DNA of 64,000 nt from Armatimonadota bacterium (GCA_020850315.1 JADZEY010000029.1:7413-71412); one strand, 5' to 3'. Counted from the first letter of the stretch, positions 9,633 through 19,393 are shown. Notes: generated by a model from the sequence alone, not told the origin. Numbers and translations are program-made.

Positions 9633-10270
9633 GCAAGCAACCACTACAGGTGTTGCTGATGAACAATGGCCCAGGGAGAAGCAGGAATGTGTGGGAATCC
9701 ACACTGGCAGCGCTCCTGCTTCTCCTGACGGCCATTCTATTCTGGGGATGTGGCAACGCTGTTGGCCAGGCTTCGCGCAGCTACCAGCTGACCGATGAGC
9801 ATGGCAGGGCCGTCACCTTCCCCAACGATTATCGGGGGCGGAAGTTGGTGGTGAGCTACATCTACACCCACTGCCCCGATGTCTGCATCGTGACAACCAC
9901 GGCTATCGAAAAGGTACGCAAGCAGCTTGCCGGGAAAGGGGACGATGTGAGCTTCGTCTCGATCACCCTGGACCCACGCCGCGACGACACCACCGCACTG
10001 CGCCAGTACGCAGAACTTCGCGGGATTGATACCCAAAACTGGCACTTCCTAACCGGTGCCGAATCCACCGTTGACTCGTTGTTGGACGACATGGGGCTGG
10101 TTCGGCGTAGGTCGTTTATTGAGCAGAACGAAAGCGGACGCGAGACCTACTTTATTGACCACGACGACCCTGTTGTGCTGTGGGATCGCGAAGGGGCGAT
10201 CCGCGACCGCTTCAAGGGAACAACACTGAACTCCGATGACGTTGCCCAAGCTATCCATGAACTTCCGTAG
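9629..10270 (+). CDS. SCO1/SenC family copper chaperone (thioredoxin-like)
   Basis: CxxxC motif YTHCPDVC in a thioredoxin fold with an N-terminal membrane anchor. The ATG overlaps the coxA stop. Confidence 0.85.
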   Translation: MSKQPLQVLLMNNGPGRSRNVWESTLAALLLLLTAILFWGCGNAVGQASRSYQLTDEHGRAVTFPNDYRGRKLVVSYIYTHCPDVCIVTTTAIEKVRKQLAGKGDDVSFVSITLDPRRDDTTALRQYAELRGIDTQNWHFLTGAESTVDSLLDDMGLVRRRSFIEQNESGRETYFIDHDDPVVLWDREGAIRDRFKGTTLNSDDVAQAIHELP

Positions 10271-10742
10271 CCAGCTGGCACGCAGCCTGCGATTGGGGTT
10301 GCCATTGCTGGCGTTGCTTGCCGCGTGCGGCGCGCCGGAGCAACCTCAAGGGCATCGCTCCGGCGGCATCACCATTACCGGGATGTGGGGTACGCCTGGG
10401 ATTAACGGGCGCGTAAGCGCGGCCTACGGAACCATTGCCAACCACGGAACCGAACCGGACTCACTGATCGCAATCTCCAGCCCCGCCGCCCCGTTGATTG
10501 AAGTCCACCAAATGGTGGAGCAAGAAGGGATGTTGCGGATGCGGGGAATGAAATGGCCAGTGGTGATTGCGCCCGGGGATTCGCTGGCAATGGCCCCCGG
10601 GGGAACGCACCTGATGCTGATGGAACTGCATCAATCGCTACAGCTTGGCGATAGTGTTACGCTACGCCTTAGCTTTGCCAGTGCGGGACAACGGGAAGTA
10701 CGATTTCAGATTGGAAACCAACAGAACAAACCGCAGAACTAA
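10257..10742 (+). CDS. copper chaperone PCu(A)C (DUF461) lipoprotein
   Basis: Lipoprotein signal LLALLAACG. The H(M)x10Mx21HxM-type motif is present (VHQMVEQEGMLRMRGM…THLMLM). The start could be at 10236. Confidence 0.75.
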   Translation: MNFRSQLARSLRLGLPLLALLAACGAPEQPQGHRSGGITITGMWGTPGINGRVSAAYGTIANHGTEPDSLIAISSPAAPLIEVHQMVEQEGMLRMRGMKWPVVIAPGDSLAMAPGGTHLMLMELHQSLQLGDSVTLRLSFASAGQREVRFQIGNQQNKPQN

Positions 10743-10753
10743 GCACCAACCAA

Positions 10754-11311
10754 ATGAAAAGCATCACACACTACGCACTGATTGCATTTGCTGCAGGGAT
10801 GACCACAATCGTTGCCTGTGGCGGTGGGGATGAACCAAAATTCCACACGCCATCGCCGGCAACGCCATCGGTTACGCCAACGGTTACGCCAACTCCATCG
10901 GGCACAGCAACCACCGCCAGCGGAGCCACCGCCACGGGCGATAGCGGAGCCACAAAACCTGCTGCCGGAGCCGCCGGGGTAAGCGATGAAGTGCTGGCCA
11001 AAGGGGCAACCGTGTACAAGGAGTACTGCCAAACCTGCCACATGGCTGGCGGTGAAGGAACCCCCGGTGTCTTCCCTCCGCTTGCCGAATCTGAGTTCTT
11101 GAAGGATAAAGCAAAGTCACTGGATGCAATCCTGAATGGCTTGCAAGGTGAGATCACAGTGAAGGGGCAGAAGTACAACAACGTGATGGTGAAACTGCCG
11201 GCCAACTACGACAACGAAGCCGCCTCGGCAGTGATTAACTACGCCGTGCAGCGGTTCGCCGCCGGAGCGTGGACCACCACGCCGGATGAAGTTGCGAAGG
11301 CGCGGAAGTGA
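10754..11311 (+). CDS. mono-heme c-type cytochrome lipoprotein (probable electron donor to the ba3 oxidase)
   Basis: Lipobox IVACGGG, a Thr/Pro-rich linker, and a single CQTCH heme-binding site in a cytochrome c class I-like domain. Confidence 0.8.
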   Translation: MKSITHYALIAFAAGMTTIVACGGGDEPKFHTPSPATPSVTPTVTPTPSGTATTASGATATGDSGATKPAAGAAGVSDEVLAKGATVYKEYCQTCHMAGGEGTPGVFPPLAESEFLKDKAKSLDAILNGLQGEITVKGQKYNNVMVKLPANYDNEAASAVINYAVQRFAAGAWTTTPDEVAKARK

Positions 11312-11372
11312 GAGTATCAGCATGAAAGCCCTCAATACCTGAACCGATTGAGGAGGAGGTACAAACAAAACT

Positions 11373-11415
11373 GCCCGGTGCTGAAGATTGAGCACCGGGC
11401 GGTTTTGTTTTTTTC
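11373..11415. terminator. bidirectional rho-independent terminator between the cyt c gene and convergent T9SS gene A
   Basis: Stem gcccggtgct…agcaccgggc followed by GGTTTTGTTTTTTT; A-rich run on the other side. Confidence 0.7.
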
Positions 11416-11538
11416 ACTCTCCCCTGCGTGGCCTCTGCTCCATATTGAGTTTCATCGAAGTATGAGCCGCGCCACTGAACGAGCAACTATTCAAGCTCTG
11501 CGTAAGGTGAGTTATTCAGATATGATCCTCCCCCCCCC

Positions 11539-14500
11539 TTACTTCTTCACCGTCAGCATCCGGGTTTTGGTCCAGGTGCCGCTGGTTAGTGTGTAGTAGT
11601 AGTTGCCGGATGGCAGGTTGGTGACATCCACCGTTAGCTCGTAGATGCCTGGCTTCTGATACTCATCAACCAACGTTTGGACTAACCGGCCGTTGGCATC
11701 GTACAGCACAATCTTTGTTGGACCATCCAACCCCAGCGAGTAGCGGATGTTGGTCACGGGGTTGAATGGGTTCGGAGCGTTCTGATCCAGTGCGTAATCG
11801 CTTCCGGTTAGTTCAATCAACCGCAAGTTCAGCCCGCAGATTGGCGCAAGGCCAGTGGTTGCCGCGCTGGTTTTCACCACTGCGCAGTTCACATCGTTCA
11901 GCGTCACCTTCACATCCATGCTCCGCTCCGGATCCTTGGTGAACATCACCCCGAACGGCATCGTCAGCAGCTTCCCGGTTCCAACCAATGGCGTTGGCGT
12001 GGTCACATCAATAATCAGCAAGCCTGGCTTGCTGGCACTGTTCACCGCTGCGGTCGCCCCGGCTGGGGTCATTGCTTCCAACTTCGCCAGCGTTGCCGGG
12101 CGCGATTGCAGCAGTTTGGGGTCGTAGGTAAAGACCACCGAGTATTCTTTTGCATTCAGTGCCGTCACATCTTCGTTCAGCAGCACCGCCACATCCATCT
12201 CCTTCCCAAGCTCCACCGCGTTCTCCTTTCCGCGCCCCGTGATCTGGGTGGTAGTGGAAAGATTCTGGATTGGAGCCGCGCTTCCGCTTACCTCCAGCTC
12301 GTACTCGGTTCCCCCCGGAACGTTTGTCGTGAACACGATGGTGTCACGCTGGATCACCCCGGCTTGGGTTGGGATGTAGCGAACCTGAACCAACCGATTA
12401 TCCCCCGGCAACACCGTGAAGGTGAGTGTGGGGTTTGGATCAAGGATGGTGAACGGCGTGCTTCTTCCGCTCTTGAATCGCATCCCAATCACTTGCAGGT
12501 TTGCGGTCCCGGTGTTGGTGATGATTGGCGAGAGCAACGCCCCCACGGTGTCGGTGATGCAAAGGTCACGGACTGAGTCGGTGATGCCGCTGATTGCTGG
12601 GGTGAACAACTCGCCAACCCCAATCCAATTGCTGGTTGCGTCAACTCCATCGGCGGTGACGGCGCGGATGCTGGCCCGCCGCGTGCCGATTGCTTGTGCG
12701 TTGAAGTACCCGGTGAACGTCAACGTGTCGCTTCCCGGGCGAAGCACGATTGGGAAGGTGGCTCCCGAGTTCAGCGTGTAGCGGAAGTCATCGGTGGTTC
12801 CGTCGTTGTCGCTGGTGAACTGGAAGCTGGTGATCGCCACGGTGTCGCGGTAGATTGGGTCGCCGGGCATCCAGAACTTGATCTGCATGGCACTGTCGGT
12901 TGTTTTCACAACCCGCGTGCCGAAGTCGTAGTCCTGCGTGGCCAATCCCGTTTCCGTTCCGACCCCCGTCAGCACCGATTGCACAGGTTCGGCCTGGCTG
13001 GTGTTGTGGTCGTAGGTGATGGTGGCTGTGCGTGGGCCAATGGCGGTTGGTGTGAACTCCACTTGCACCTCTAACGAATCCCCCGGCTGCATATCCACAT
13101 TCACAAACTGCGATTGGTTCAGGATGCGGAAATCGCTGCTGTGCCCTGCCATTGCTTGCACCCCGGTTACGCGGGCTTGTGTGGTTCCGGCATTCTTAAT
13201 CCAAACGGAAGCTGGGTATGGCCCGGTCCCAACCCGATGGCGTGGCCAGTCGTAGCTGGTGGCAAACAAGCTGGCTTGGATACCTTCCCCTTTGTGGATC
13301 GAGATGCTGTCGTTGCTGGGGTTTGGCGGCGCGTTGTGGCTGAAGACGATTTGATCCTGGAACGGCCCAACAGCGTTCGGCTGGAACGTTGCGTTCACGG
13401 TGATAATCTGCCCAGCGTTCAGGTTCAGCGGGAAGGTAAGCCGGCTTCCATGCTCCGATGTAAAGATTGGCGGATTGATGCCCGGATACGCCGAAAGTGC
13501 GGTGGCTCCGCTGATCGTCAGCATCCCACCATCGGTCGAGATGTTCCGAACTTCGAACTGGCGGCGAACCAACGTCCCCACCAGTTGTTTGCTGTAATCA
13601 ATATCGGTCACTTGGATGATCGGTGTTGCCGAGCTTCCGGTAACAAGCGCGATGTAATGGAGTCCGCAATCGTCGGCAACGCCAACCGAATCGCTGAAGC
13701 TGCCGCTGCGGTTGGCGGTGAACTCCACGTCAATCGTCGCGCTTTCGGTTCCGCTTCCTGCTGCACCAAGCGTAACAGGGACGGAAAGGTTTTTGGTGAT
13801 AACGAAGTTGTTCGCGCCATTCTTCAGCCGTACTTCGCGGACTGTGACGGGGCGGCTGTTTTTGTTGGTGATCGTCAAGGTTTTGGTTGACTTCCCGCCA
13901 AGAATCAGGTTGCCGAAGCTGAGTGGGTTCGGCTGGATGTCCATATTGAAGGAGGTATAATAGACCGTGTCGCGGCGGAAGTTGCCGGCGCGGTCGGTGG
14001 AGATCAGCACGGCGCGGGCATCCTTGGATTTGTCAATCACCCGCAGTTGGAAGGTGGTGGTGCGGTTCCCTGTCTCGAACGTAGTGGGAATAAACAGTTC
14101 GTAGTTGTAGGTCTCGGTTGTGTCGGGTTCCAGCCAGATGAAGGCAAGGTTAGCGCGTGCGGCTTCTTCGTCGGGCATATCGTTCACCACGCCATCCACC
14201 GTGCCGTCGCAGTTTTGTTTCAGGGTGACATCGGGCGCAACAGTATCCTTAATCCGAAGGTCGCCCAGCGCCGCCGAAAGCGGGTAGCCGTAGCTGTCGA
14301 AACTGCTGAAACCGTAGAGATAGCCGCCAAAGGGGCTTGGGCCACGCATCCGGTAGGTTCCTGCGGGAATCGGGAAGGTGGCTCCCATGTATGTTTTCCC
14401 GTTCAGCTGGGTTGGATACTTACGGACGGTGGGGGCATACTTCGACATCAACAACTCAAAATTATCGCTTCCACCGGGGGCAATCTCAATTTTGTACAAC

Positions 14501-15705
14501 CCAGCCGAATCCACCGCAAGGTTGACGTAATTATCCTGGAAATCATCCTTGGGGGTGGTGAACACCAAATCGTTTTGGTACTGCTCAACCGGTGTCATCA
14601 CAAGGAAGAAGGGGTCGGTTGGAACGCCGTTGGTTCCTTCGTAGTACTGGGAGGTGTTGTACTGCGCTACCATAATCGGCTTATCGGAAGTGAACTCCAT
14701 CGGGATTGGCTCCTCGGGGCGGATTTCAAAGAAACCATATCCAAGCTCACCCCCTTTTCCGGCAATCGTGCCATAGAGTGTGCCGTTGATATAGACTTTT
14801 GCCCCAGGCTCGCCAGCAAACACTCGGTAGATTGGCCCTTTGGCGCGGGTCTTGATCGGCATTGCATGATAGACGGTTCCCCACGTGCTGATCGGCAACA
14901 ACATCTCGGTGATATGGTCGCAGCAGCAGTATTGGATTTCGTTGGGGATGTAGGTGCAGTTATTCCCTGCGGTCACGGCAACCGGCTTGGTGGCATAGAT
15001 GTAGCTGCCAGTAAGATCGCCGCCGTAGCCAATGGACATTGAGGAGAAGACATCGCCTTTATCAAGCGAGATGGAGAAGGTGCTTCCGGCAGGATGGTTT
15101 GGCGAACTCATCGGGTGGCTAATCGTCACCGATGTGCCATCGTAGGGGGCAATAATCATATACTGCGATGGCAGCTTCTGCACATTGCCATCGGTTACTG
15201 AGCCGTAGCTGGAGACGATGTACTCCTGCCCCAGGGCGTTTACCGGCAATGCCAGCAATCCATCGCTAGAGTATTTCAGGCGGTTGATGCCATAGACCAC
15301 GATTGGCGCTTCTGCCTCAATCCTCACTGCACGTTTTTTATAGACCTCATCATCCGGCACATCGGTCTGGTCGTTACGGACAAGGATTTGTCCTTCGATG
15401 TTGTCAAGGTCAACCGTGACGATATCGTAGGGGATGGTGTAGAAGGTTTTTTTGAACTGCTGTCCCACCCACACGTTCACACGGGTGCGAACCCCAGAGG
15501 TGATATAAAACCTGATGTATTTCTCGCCGCCAGGTGTTCCCGCTTCCCAGTTAGCTGGGAACGCAACATAGAACTCCTTCCCAACATTGTTCAGCCCAAA
15601 CGGAACAGGGAATTTATTCCCAGTTGGCGCGCCTTGCGCCTGAAGTTGCATCGTTCCGCTAATGCCCAGTAGCAGCAGAAGTGCAATGCGGATCAGAGAT
15701 TTCAT
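11539..15705 (-). CDS. giant secreted cell-surface protein (paralog A) with T9SS C-terminal sorting domain and ASH/PapD-like beta-sandwich repeats
   Basis: Signal peptide MKSLIRIALLLLLGISGTMQLQAQ. The N-terminal module is shared with the 47217-50105 and 50521-53424 proteins (F[YI]xAFP, YC[CHY]…WGT.Y, GYGYPL). Internal LxFGxV…TLTITN-type repeats are present. The C-terminal ~80 aa form a T9SS CTD (…NYYYTLTSGTWTKTRMLTVKK). Confidence 0.85.
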   Translation of the reverse strand: MKSLIRIALLLLLGISGTMQLQAQGAPTGNKFPVPFGLNNVGKEFYVAFPANWEAGTPGGEKYIRFYITSGVRTRVNVWVGQQFKKTFYTIPYDIVTVDLDNIEGQILVRNDQTDVPDDEVYKKRAVRIEAEAPIVVYGINRLKYSSDGLLALPVNALGQEYIVSSYGSVTDGNVQKLPSQYMIIAPYDGTSVTISHPMSSPNHPAGSTFSISLDKGDVFSSMSIGYGGDLTGSYIYATKPVAVTAGNNCTYIPNEIQYCCCDHITEMLLPISTWGTVYHAMPIKTRAKGPIYRVFAGEPGAKVYINGTLYGTIAGKGGELGYGFFEIRPEEPIPMEFTSDKPIMVAQYNTSQYYEGTNGVPTDPFFLVMTPVEQYQNDLVFTTPKDDFQDNYVNLAVDSAGLYKIEIAPGGSDNFELLMSKYAPTVRKYPTQLNGKTYMGATFPIPAGTYRMRGPSPFGGYLYGFSSFDSYGYPLSAALGDLRIKDTVAPDVTLKQNCDGTVDGVVNDMPDEEAARANLAFIWLEPDTTETYNYELFIPTTFETGNRTTTFQLRVIDKSKDARAVLISTDRAGNFRRDTVYYTSFNMDIQPNPLSFGNLILGGKSTKTLTITNKNSRPVTVREVRLKNGANNFVITKNLSVPVTLGAAGSGTESATIDVEFTANRSGSFSDSVGVADDCGLHYIALVTGSSATPIIQVTDIDYSKQLVGTLVRRQFEVRNISTDGGMLTISGATALSAYPGINPPIFTSEHGSRLTFPLNLNAGQIITVNATFQPNAVGPFQDQIVFSHNAPPNPSNDSISIHKGEGIQASLFATSYDWPRHRVGTGPYPASVWIKNAGTTQARVTGVQAMAGHSSDFRILNQSQFVNVDMQPGDSLEVQVEFTPTAIGPRTATITYDHNTSQAEPVQSVLTGVGTETGLATQDYDFGTRVVKTTDSAMQIKFWMPGDPIYRDTVAITSFQFTSDNDGTTDDFRYTLNSGATFPIVLRPGSDTLTFTGYFNAQAIGTRRASIRAVTADGVDATSNWIGVGELFTPAISGITDSVRDLCITDTVGALLSPIITNTGTANLQVIGMRFKSGRSTPFTILDPNPTLTFTVLPGDNRLVQVRYIPTQAGVIQRDTIVFTTNVPGGTEYELEVSGSAAPIQNLSTTTQITGRGKENAVELGKEMDVAVLLNEDVTALNAKEYSVVFTYDPKLLQSRPATLAKLEAMTPAGATAAVNSASKPGLLIIDVTTPTPLVGTGKLLTMPFGVMFTKDPERSMDVKVTLNDVNCAVVKTSAATTGLAPICGLNLRLIELTGSDYALDQNAPNPFNPVTNIRYSLGLDGPTKIVLYDANGRLVQTLVDEYQKPGIYELTVDVTNLPSGNYYYTLTSGTWTKTRMLTVKK

Positions 15706-16016
15706 ACGTGGCTCCCTTCTCGGTAAGTGTTTTGTGTATTGCTGATTGCTTGGTTATACAATGGATAGAGGGGGGATAAGCGGGATAACGATGCTGGTTG
15801 TGAGCAGAGGCAAAGCATCACTCTGGGTGCTTGATATCAGCCGCCGTGCAATAGAAGATTCCAACAGAACCTAAGAAGTTACAGCGATGCAGGCAAGAGG
15901 GGGAAACCGGAGGGAAAGTAACATGGATAAAACCCCAATCCCCTGATAGAGAGTTGAACAAGAGGCGAATGAGAGACGGTCGGCCGGTTGGCACTATCGC
16001 GTTATCGGCGCGGGCC

Positions 16017-16724
16017 TCAATCGGCAATGGCTTCGGCATCCACCACCACCCCATCTTCCATCTGCAGCACACGGTCGGCGCGTTGGGCAAGGGCATCGTT
16101 GTGGGTGACGATGATGAACGTCCGACGGTCGCGCCGGCTGATCTGCCACAGCAGCGAGTGAAGGCGTTCGCCAGTTTCGGAGTCAAGATTGCCGGAGGGC
16201 TCGTCGGCCAGCACAAGCTGTGGCTGCGGGATCAGGGCGCGGGCAACCGCAACGCGCTGTTGCTCGCCGCCGGAAAGCTCGCTCGGTTTGTGGTTGGCAC
16301 GGTCTTGCAGGTCAACCAGCTGCAAGTACTCACCCGCTTGCGCCAGTGCTTCGCGCATCGCAAGCCCACGGATCATCAGCGGCATCGCCACATTCTCCAG
16401 CGCGGTGAACTCCGGCAACAGATGATGAAACTGGAAAACGAACCCAACATTCCGGTTGCGGAACTCGGCAAGGTCCTTCGGGTTCATCCCCTCCAATCGC
16501 CGTCCCACAATCTCCACCTCGCCACTGCTTGCCGTGTCAAGCCCGCCGATGATATGGAGCAACGTGCTTTTCCCCGCTCCCGATCTTCCAACAATCGCCA
16601 CAACCTGTCCCGGCTCAATATCCAACGTCACCCCACGAAGCACCGACAGTGACTTCCCTTCAATCTGATACTCCTTTGTTACCCCCCGAAGCCGCACCAC
16701 AGGCGATGATGGATGATTGCTCAT
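16017..16724 (-). CDS. lolD: ABC transporter ATP-binding protein, LolD/MacB-like
   Basis: Walker [13 protein letters not shown] signature [15 protein letters not shown] and Walker B LVLADEP. No permease gene is adjacent. Confidence 0.85.
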   Translation of the reverse strand: MSNHPSSPVVRLRGVTKEYQIEGKSLSVLRGVTLDIEPGQVVAIVGRSGAGKSTLLHIIGGLDTASSGEVEIVGRRLEGMNPKDLAEFRNRNVGFVFQFHHLLPEFTALENVAMPLMIRGLAMREALAQAGEYLQLVDLQDRANHKPSELSGGEQQRVAVARALIPQPQLVLADEPSGNLDSETGERLHSLLWQISRRDRRTFIIVTHNDALAQRADRVLQMEDGVVVDAEAIAD

Positions 16725-16818
16725 GCAGGCAAGATACAGCCAAAAGGGGCGTATGCAGCAGAAGGCGCAACATTTATGCTACCCCAACGCCACCGAAGCA
16801 ATGGATCCACCGCGCGGC

Positions 16819-17556
16819 TTACCCCCGCCCGGTTAGCGATGGGATCCCCTGCAGAAACTCCTTCCAGACTTTGAACAGCTCCCACGTTGCGCGCACGTCT
16901 CTCATGCAATACTCGGCGATTGTTTGATGCTGGCCAGCGGCGAACAATGGGGCCACATCGTTTCCGGTAATTCCTTCTTCTTTGGGGGAGGTGATGCCGA
17001 AGGCTTTGCAGTAGAAATCGAAATTCCACCGCCTGCTTGGCCCTGTTTTATCGAACTCCTTAAAAGCCAACTCAGCTTGCAGATCAACATGGCCTTCCAG
17101 GTTCCAGCGTGTTCCGGCCATCAGGTTGCGGCTGGGGCGCACCCGCAGCAGTGCCGAGCGAAGCATCAGAAATGGGCAATCGAAACTGCGTCCGTTGAAG
17201 GTTACTACGGTGATTCCACGCTCGGCAGATTTTTCGAAGCGTTGCCACCACGCCTGCAAGACTTCGGCTTCCGGCATACAACGCCAAACGGAACCATCGG
17301 GCAGCTGCCCAAGGTTCGTGGGAGTTGTGCTGCTGGAAAAAATCATGGTTTTCGGTTCGGTTGCTGCAAGGTCTTCGGCATACAACATCCCGATTGCAGC
17401 CACTTGGGCGGTTAGCGGGTTCAGACTCATCTGGCGTTTCTTCTCCTCAATTTGTTCTTCCCCTTCGGCACCACGCAGCAGAAATTCCTGCTGCGAATCA
17501 GCTAACGAATCGAACGGCACAGCTGCGGTTTCGATATCAAACACTAAGTAGGGCAT
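16819..17556 (-). CDS. RNase H-like 3'-5' exonuclease (PolB-exonuclease-like, DEDD-type) family protein
   Basis: N-terminal VFDIETA (Exo I-like) motif and the overall length/architecture of predicted PolB-like 3'-5' exonucleases. Confidence 0.6.
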   Translation of the reverse strand: MPYLVFDIETAAVPFDSLADSQQEFLLRGAEGEEQIEEKKRQMSLNPLTAQVAAIGMLYAEDLAATEPKTMIFSSSTTPTNLGQLPDGSVWRCMPEAEVLQAWWQRFEKSAERGITVVTFNGRSFDCPFLMLRSALLRVRPSRNLMAGTRWNLEGHVDLQAELAFKEFDKTGPSRRWNFDFYCKAFGITSPKEEGITGNDVAPLFAAGQHQTIAEYCMRDVRATWELFKVWKEFLQGIPSLTGRG

Positions 17557-17749
17557 ATTGGCGGTTTGTTAGTTGTTCGGTATTTCTTCCTCTGCGTTCT
17601 TCGCTCACCTTACGCAGAGTTTGAGTAGTAAGCACTTGCCTGTTCGGTGGCTCCACTCATACCCTTCGACAGGCTCAGGACAGGCTTCGACGGGGCTCAG
17701 CATGAGCGGAGGGCGATCTTCGGTTGGAGTACCGAAGCATTGCTCTCTT

Positions 17750-17802
17750 CATTTGACATTTGTCATTCGACATTCGACTGTCATTCGACATTCGACATTT
17801 TC
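17750..17802. repeat. tandem GTCGAATG/GTCAAATG octamer repeats (minus-sense) spanning the coaD stop codon
   Basis: The plus strand reads catttgacatttgtcattcgacattcgactgtcattcgacattcgacatttt. In the minus sense …AAAATGTCGAATGTCGAATGA encodes the CoaD C-terminus KMSNVE* and the repeat continues past the stop. Confidence 0.8.
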
Positions 17803-18272
17803 TGCACCAAAGCATCGGCAACAATGGCTGGCACAAAGTCGCGGATGGTTGGGGATCCGTAGCGGGCAAGCTCGCGGATGATGGAAGAATTCAGGTAGGT
17901 GTATCGCTCGTGTGGCATCAGGAAAATGGTGTTGATCTCTTGAACCATTTTTCTATTCATCAGTGCCATCTGTAGCTCATACTCAAAATCGCTAACGGCA
18001 CGCAATCCGCGCACAATTGCCGCCGCCCCTTGCTGGCGTGCGAACTCCACAATCAACCCGCTGCAGAGCATCACCCGCACGTTACCGAATTGCGCCAATG
18101 ATTGCTCGGCAAGGGCAAAGCGTTCATCTTGGGTGAATAAAGTTTTTTTGGAGCTGTTGACCGCCAACGCAACAATCACCCAATCGAACATTTGGGCGGC
18201 GCGCTCGATGATGTCAATATGCCCGTTCGTTATGGGGTCGAAGGTTCCGGGATAGACTGCGGTTCGTTCCAT
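17781..18272 (-). CDS. coaD: phosphopantetheine adenylyltransferase
   Basis: N-terminus MERTAVYPGTFDPITNGHIDIIERA carries the (T/H)xGH nucleotidyltransferase motif. Length 163 aa. Confidence 0.9.
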   Translation of the reverse strand: MERTAVYPGTFDPITNGHIDIIERAAQMFDWVIVALAVNSSKKTLFTQDERFALAEQSLAQFGNVRVMLCSGLIVEFARQQGAAAIVRGLRAVSDFEYELQMALMNRKMVQEINTIFLMPHERYTYLNSSIIRELARYGSPTIRDFVPAIVADALVQKMSNVE

Positions 18273-18286
18273 TGCAATCGCTCAGT

Positions 18287-18841
18287 TCAAGTGTGGTCGT
18301 TCTTCCGATAGATGGAAACCCCTGTGTCGCCGAAGTGGCGCGTGGTCTCCAACAGTGCAACGTCGGTGCTGCGGCCCTGCATAAATCCGGAATGCTCCAG
18401 CACCAACAGCCCGCCGCTACGAACACGCCCAAGCGCGAACAGATCATGCACCAATCGGTCGAAAATTGTGGCCGCGTAGGGGGGGTCGGCAAACACAAGG
18501 TCATAACTCTGCTCGGTTCCAACAATGTGGCGAAGCGCGTCGCGTTGCAGCACTGTGCCACGGTCGCGCAAGCCAAGCTCGTTCAAATTTTGCTGGATAG
18601 TGCTGGCGGCACGCCCGTTCATCTCCACAAAATCGCAATGTCCTGCGCCACGGCTTAACGCCTCGATTCCCAAGGCTCCGGTTCCGGCGAACAGGTCTAT
18701 CACCATCAATCCGCCGAAGTCAATTCGGGAGTTCAGGATGTTGAACATGGACTCACGCACGCGGTCGGTGGTGGGGCGTAGTCCAGGGCTATCAATGCTG
18801 CGCAGCTGACGGCCACGAAGTGTTCCAGCAATCACCCTCAT
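18287..18841 (-). CDS. rsmD: 16S rRNA (guanine966-N2)-methyltransferase
   Basis: RsmD-type N-terminus MRVIAGTLRGRQL and SAM motif DLFAGTGALGIEALSRGA. The gene lies upstream of coaD, a conserved pairing. Confidence 0.85.
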   Translation of the reverse strand: MRVIAGTLRGRQLRSIDSPGLRPTTDRVRESMFNILNSRIDFGGLMVIDLFAGTGALGIEALSRGAGHCDFVEMNGRAASTIQQNLNELGLRDRGTVLQRDALRHIVGTEQSYDLVFADPPYAATIFDRLVHDLFALGRVRSGGLLVLEHSGFMQGRSTDVALLETTRHFGDTGVSIYRKNDHT

Positions 18842-18868
18842 GGATTCATGTTCTTCATTTCGGTTCTT

Positions 18869-19393
18869 TCATTTCACTTTCAGGAACGGGAGCATTTTTT
18901 CGTACTTCTTTGGGCCGATTCCTTTCACGTTCATGATGTCGGCTGGCACAGAGAATTTGCGGGCGTTACGATGCCCGATAATCGCTTCGGCAGTTTTCTC
19001 CCCCACCCCCGGCAGCCGCATCAGTTCGGATTTGGAGGCTGTGTTGATATTGATCGGCCCAGATGGAGGTTGCTTTTTTCCGCTTGAGCTTTTGGAAGCC
19101 GCTTTGGCAGCGGAGTCTGCGGCAATGTCCTGGTCGGTAAGCGATTCCCACTGGCTGCTGTTTGCGCTGTCGGTAACGCCCTGGCGAATCTGCGCAGCGC
19201 GGTGTGCCGATTGGATGGAATCATGCCGCTGAATTAACGCAGCGATGTCGTGCCGGGCGCGGTTGGGGTCTCGTCCGTCAAAGAATGTGGAGTAGCCCCA
19301 CCCCACCAGCGCGCCGCCAGCAACAACCAAAGCAACGGTGATATCTGTTTGGGTCAACGAAAGGAACGAAGCAATACGCGAACGGAGGCCCAT
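18869..19393 (-). CDS. comEA: ComEA-like helix-hairpin-helix DNA-binding protein
   Basis: C-terminal tandem HhH motif INTASKSELMRLPGVGEKTAEAII…IMNVKGIGPKKYEKM with an N-terminal TM anchor. The start is chosen at an internal Met before the TM; the ORF extends to 19558. Confidence 0.7.
   Translation of the reverse strand: MGLRSRIASFLSLTQTDITVALVVAGGALVGWGYSTFFDGRDPNRARHDIAALIQRHDSIQSAHRAAQIRQGVTDSANSSQWESLTDQDIAADSAAKAASKSSSGKKQPPSGPININTASKSELMRLPGVGEKTAEAIIGHRNARKFSVPADIMNVKGIGPKKYEKMLPFLKVK

Noticed and set aside
14047-15042. 331-aa plus-strand ORF, together with other 100-250 aa ORFs inside 11539-15705
   Set aside because: All lie antisense to the 1388-aa T9SS cargo gene, which has a coherent signal peptide, repeats and CTD.
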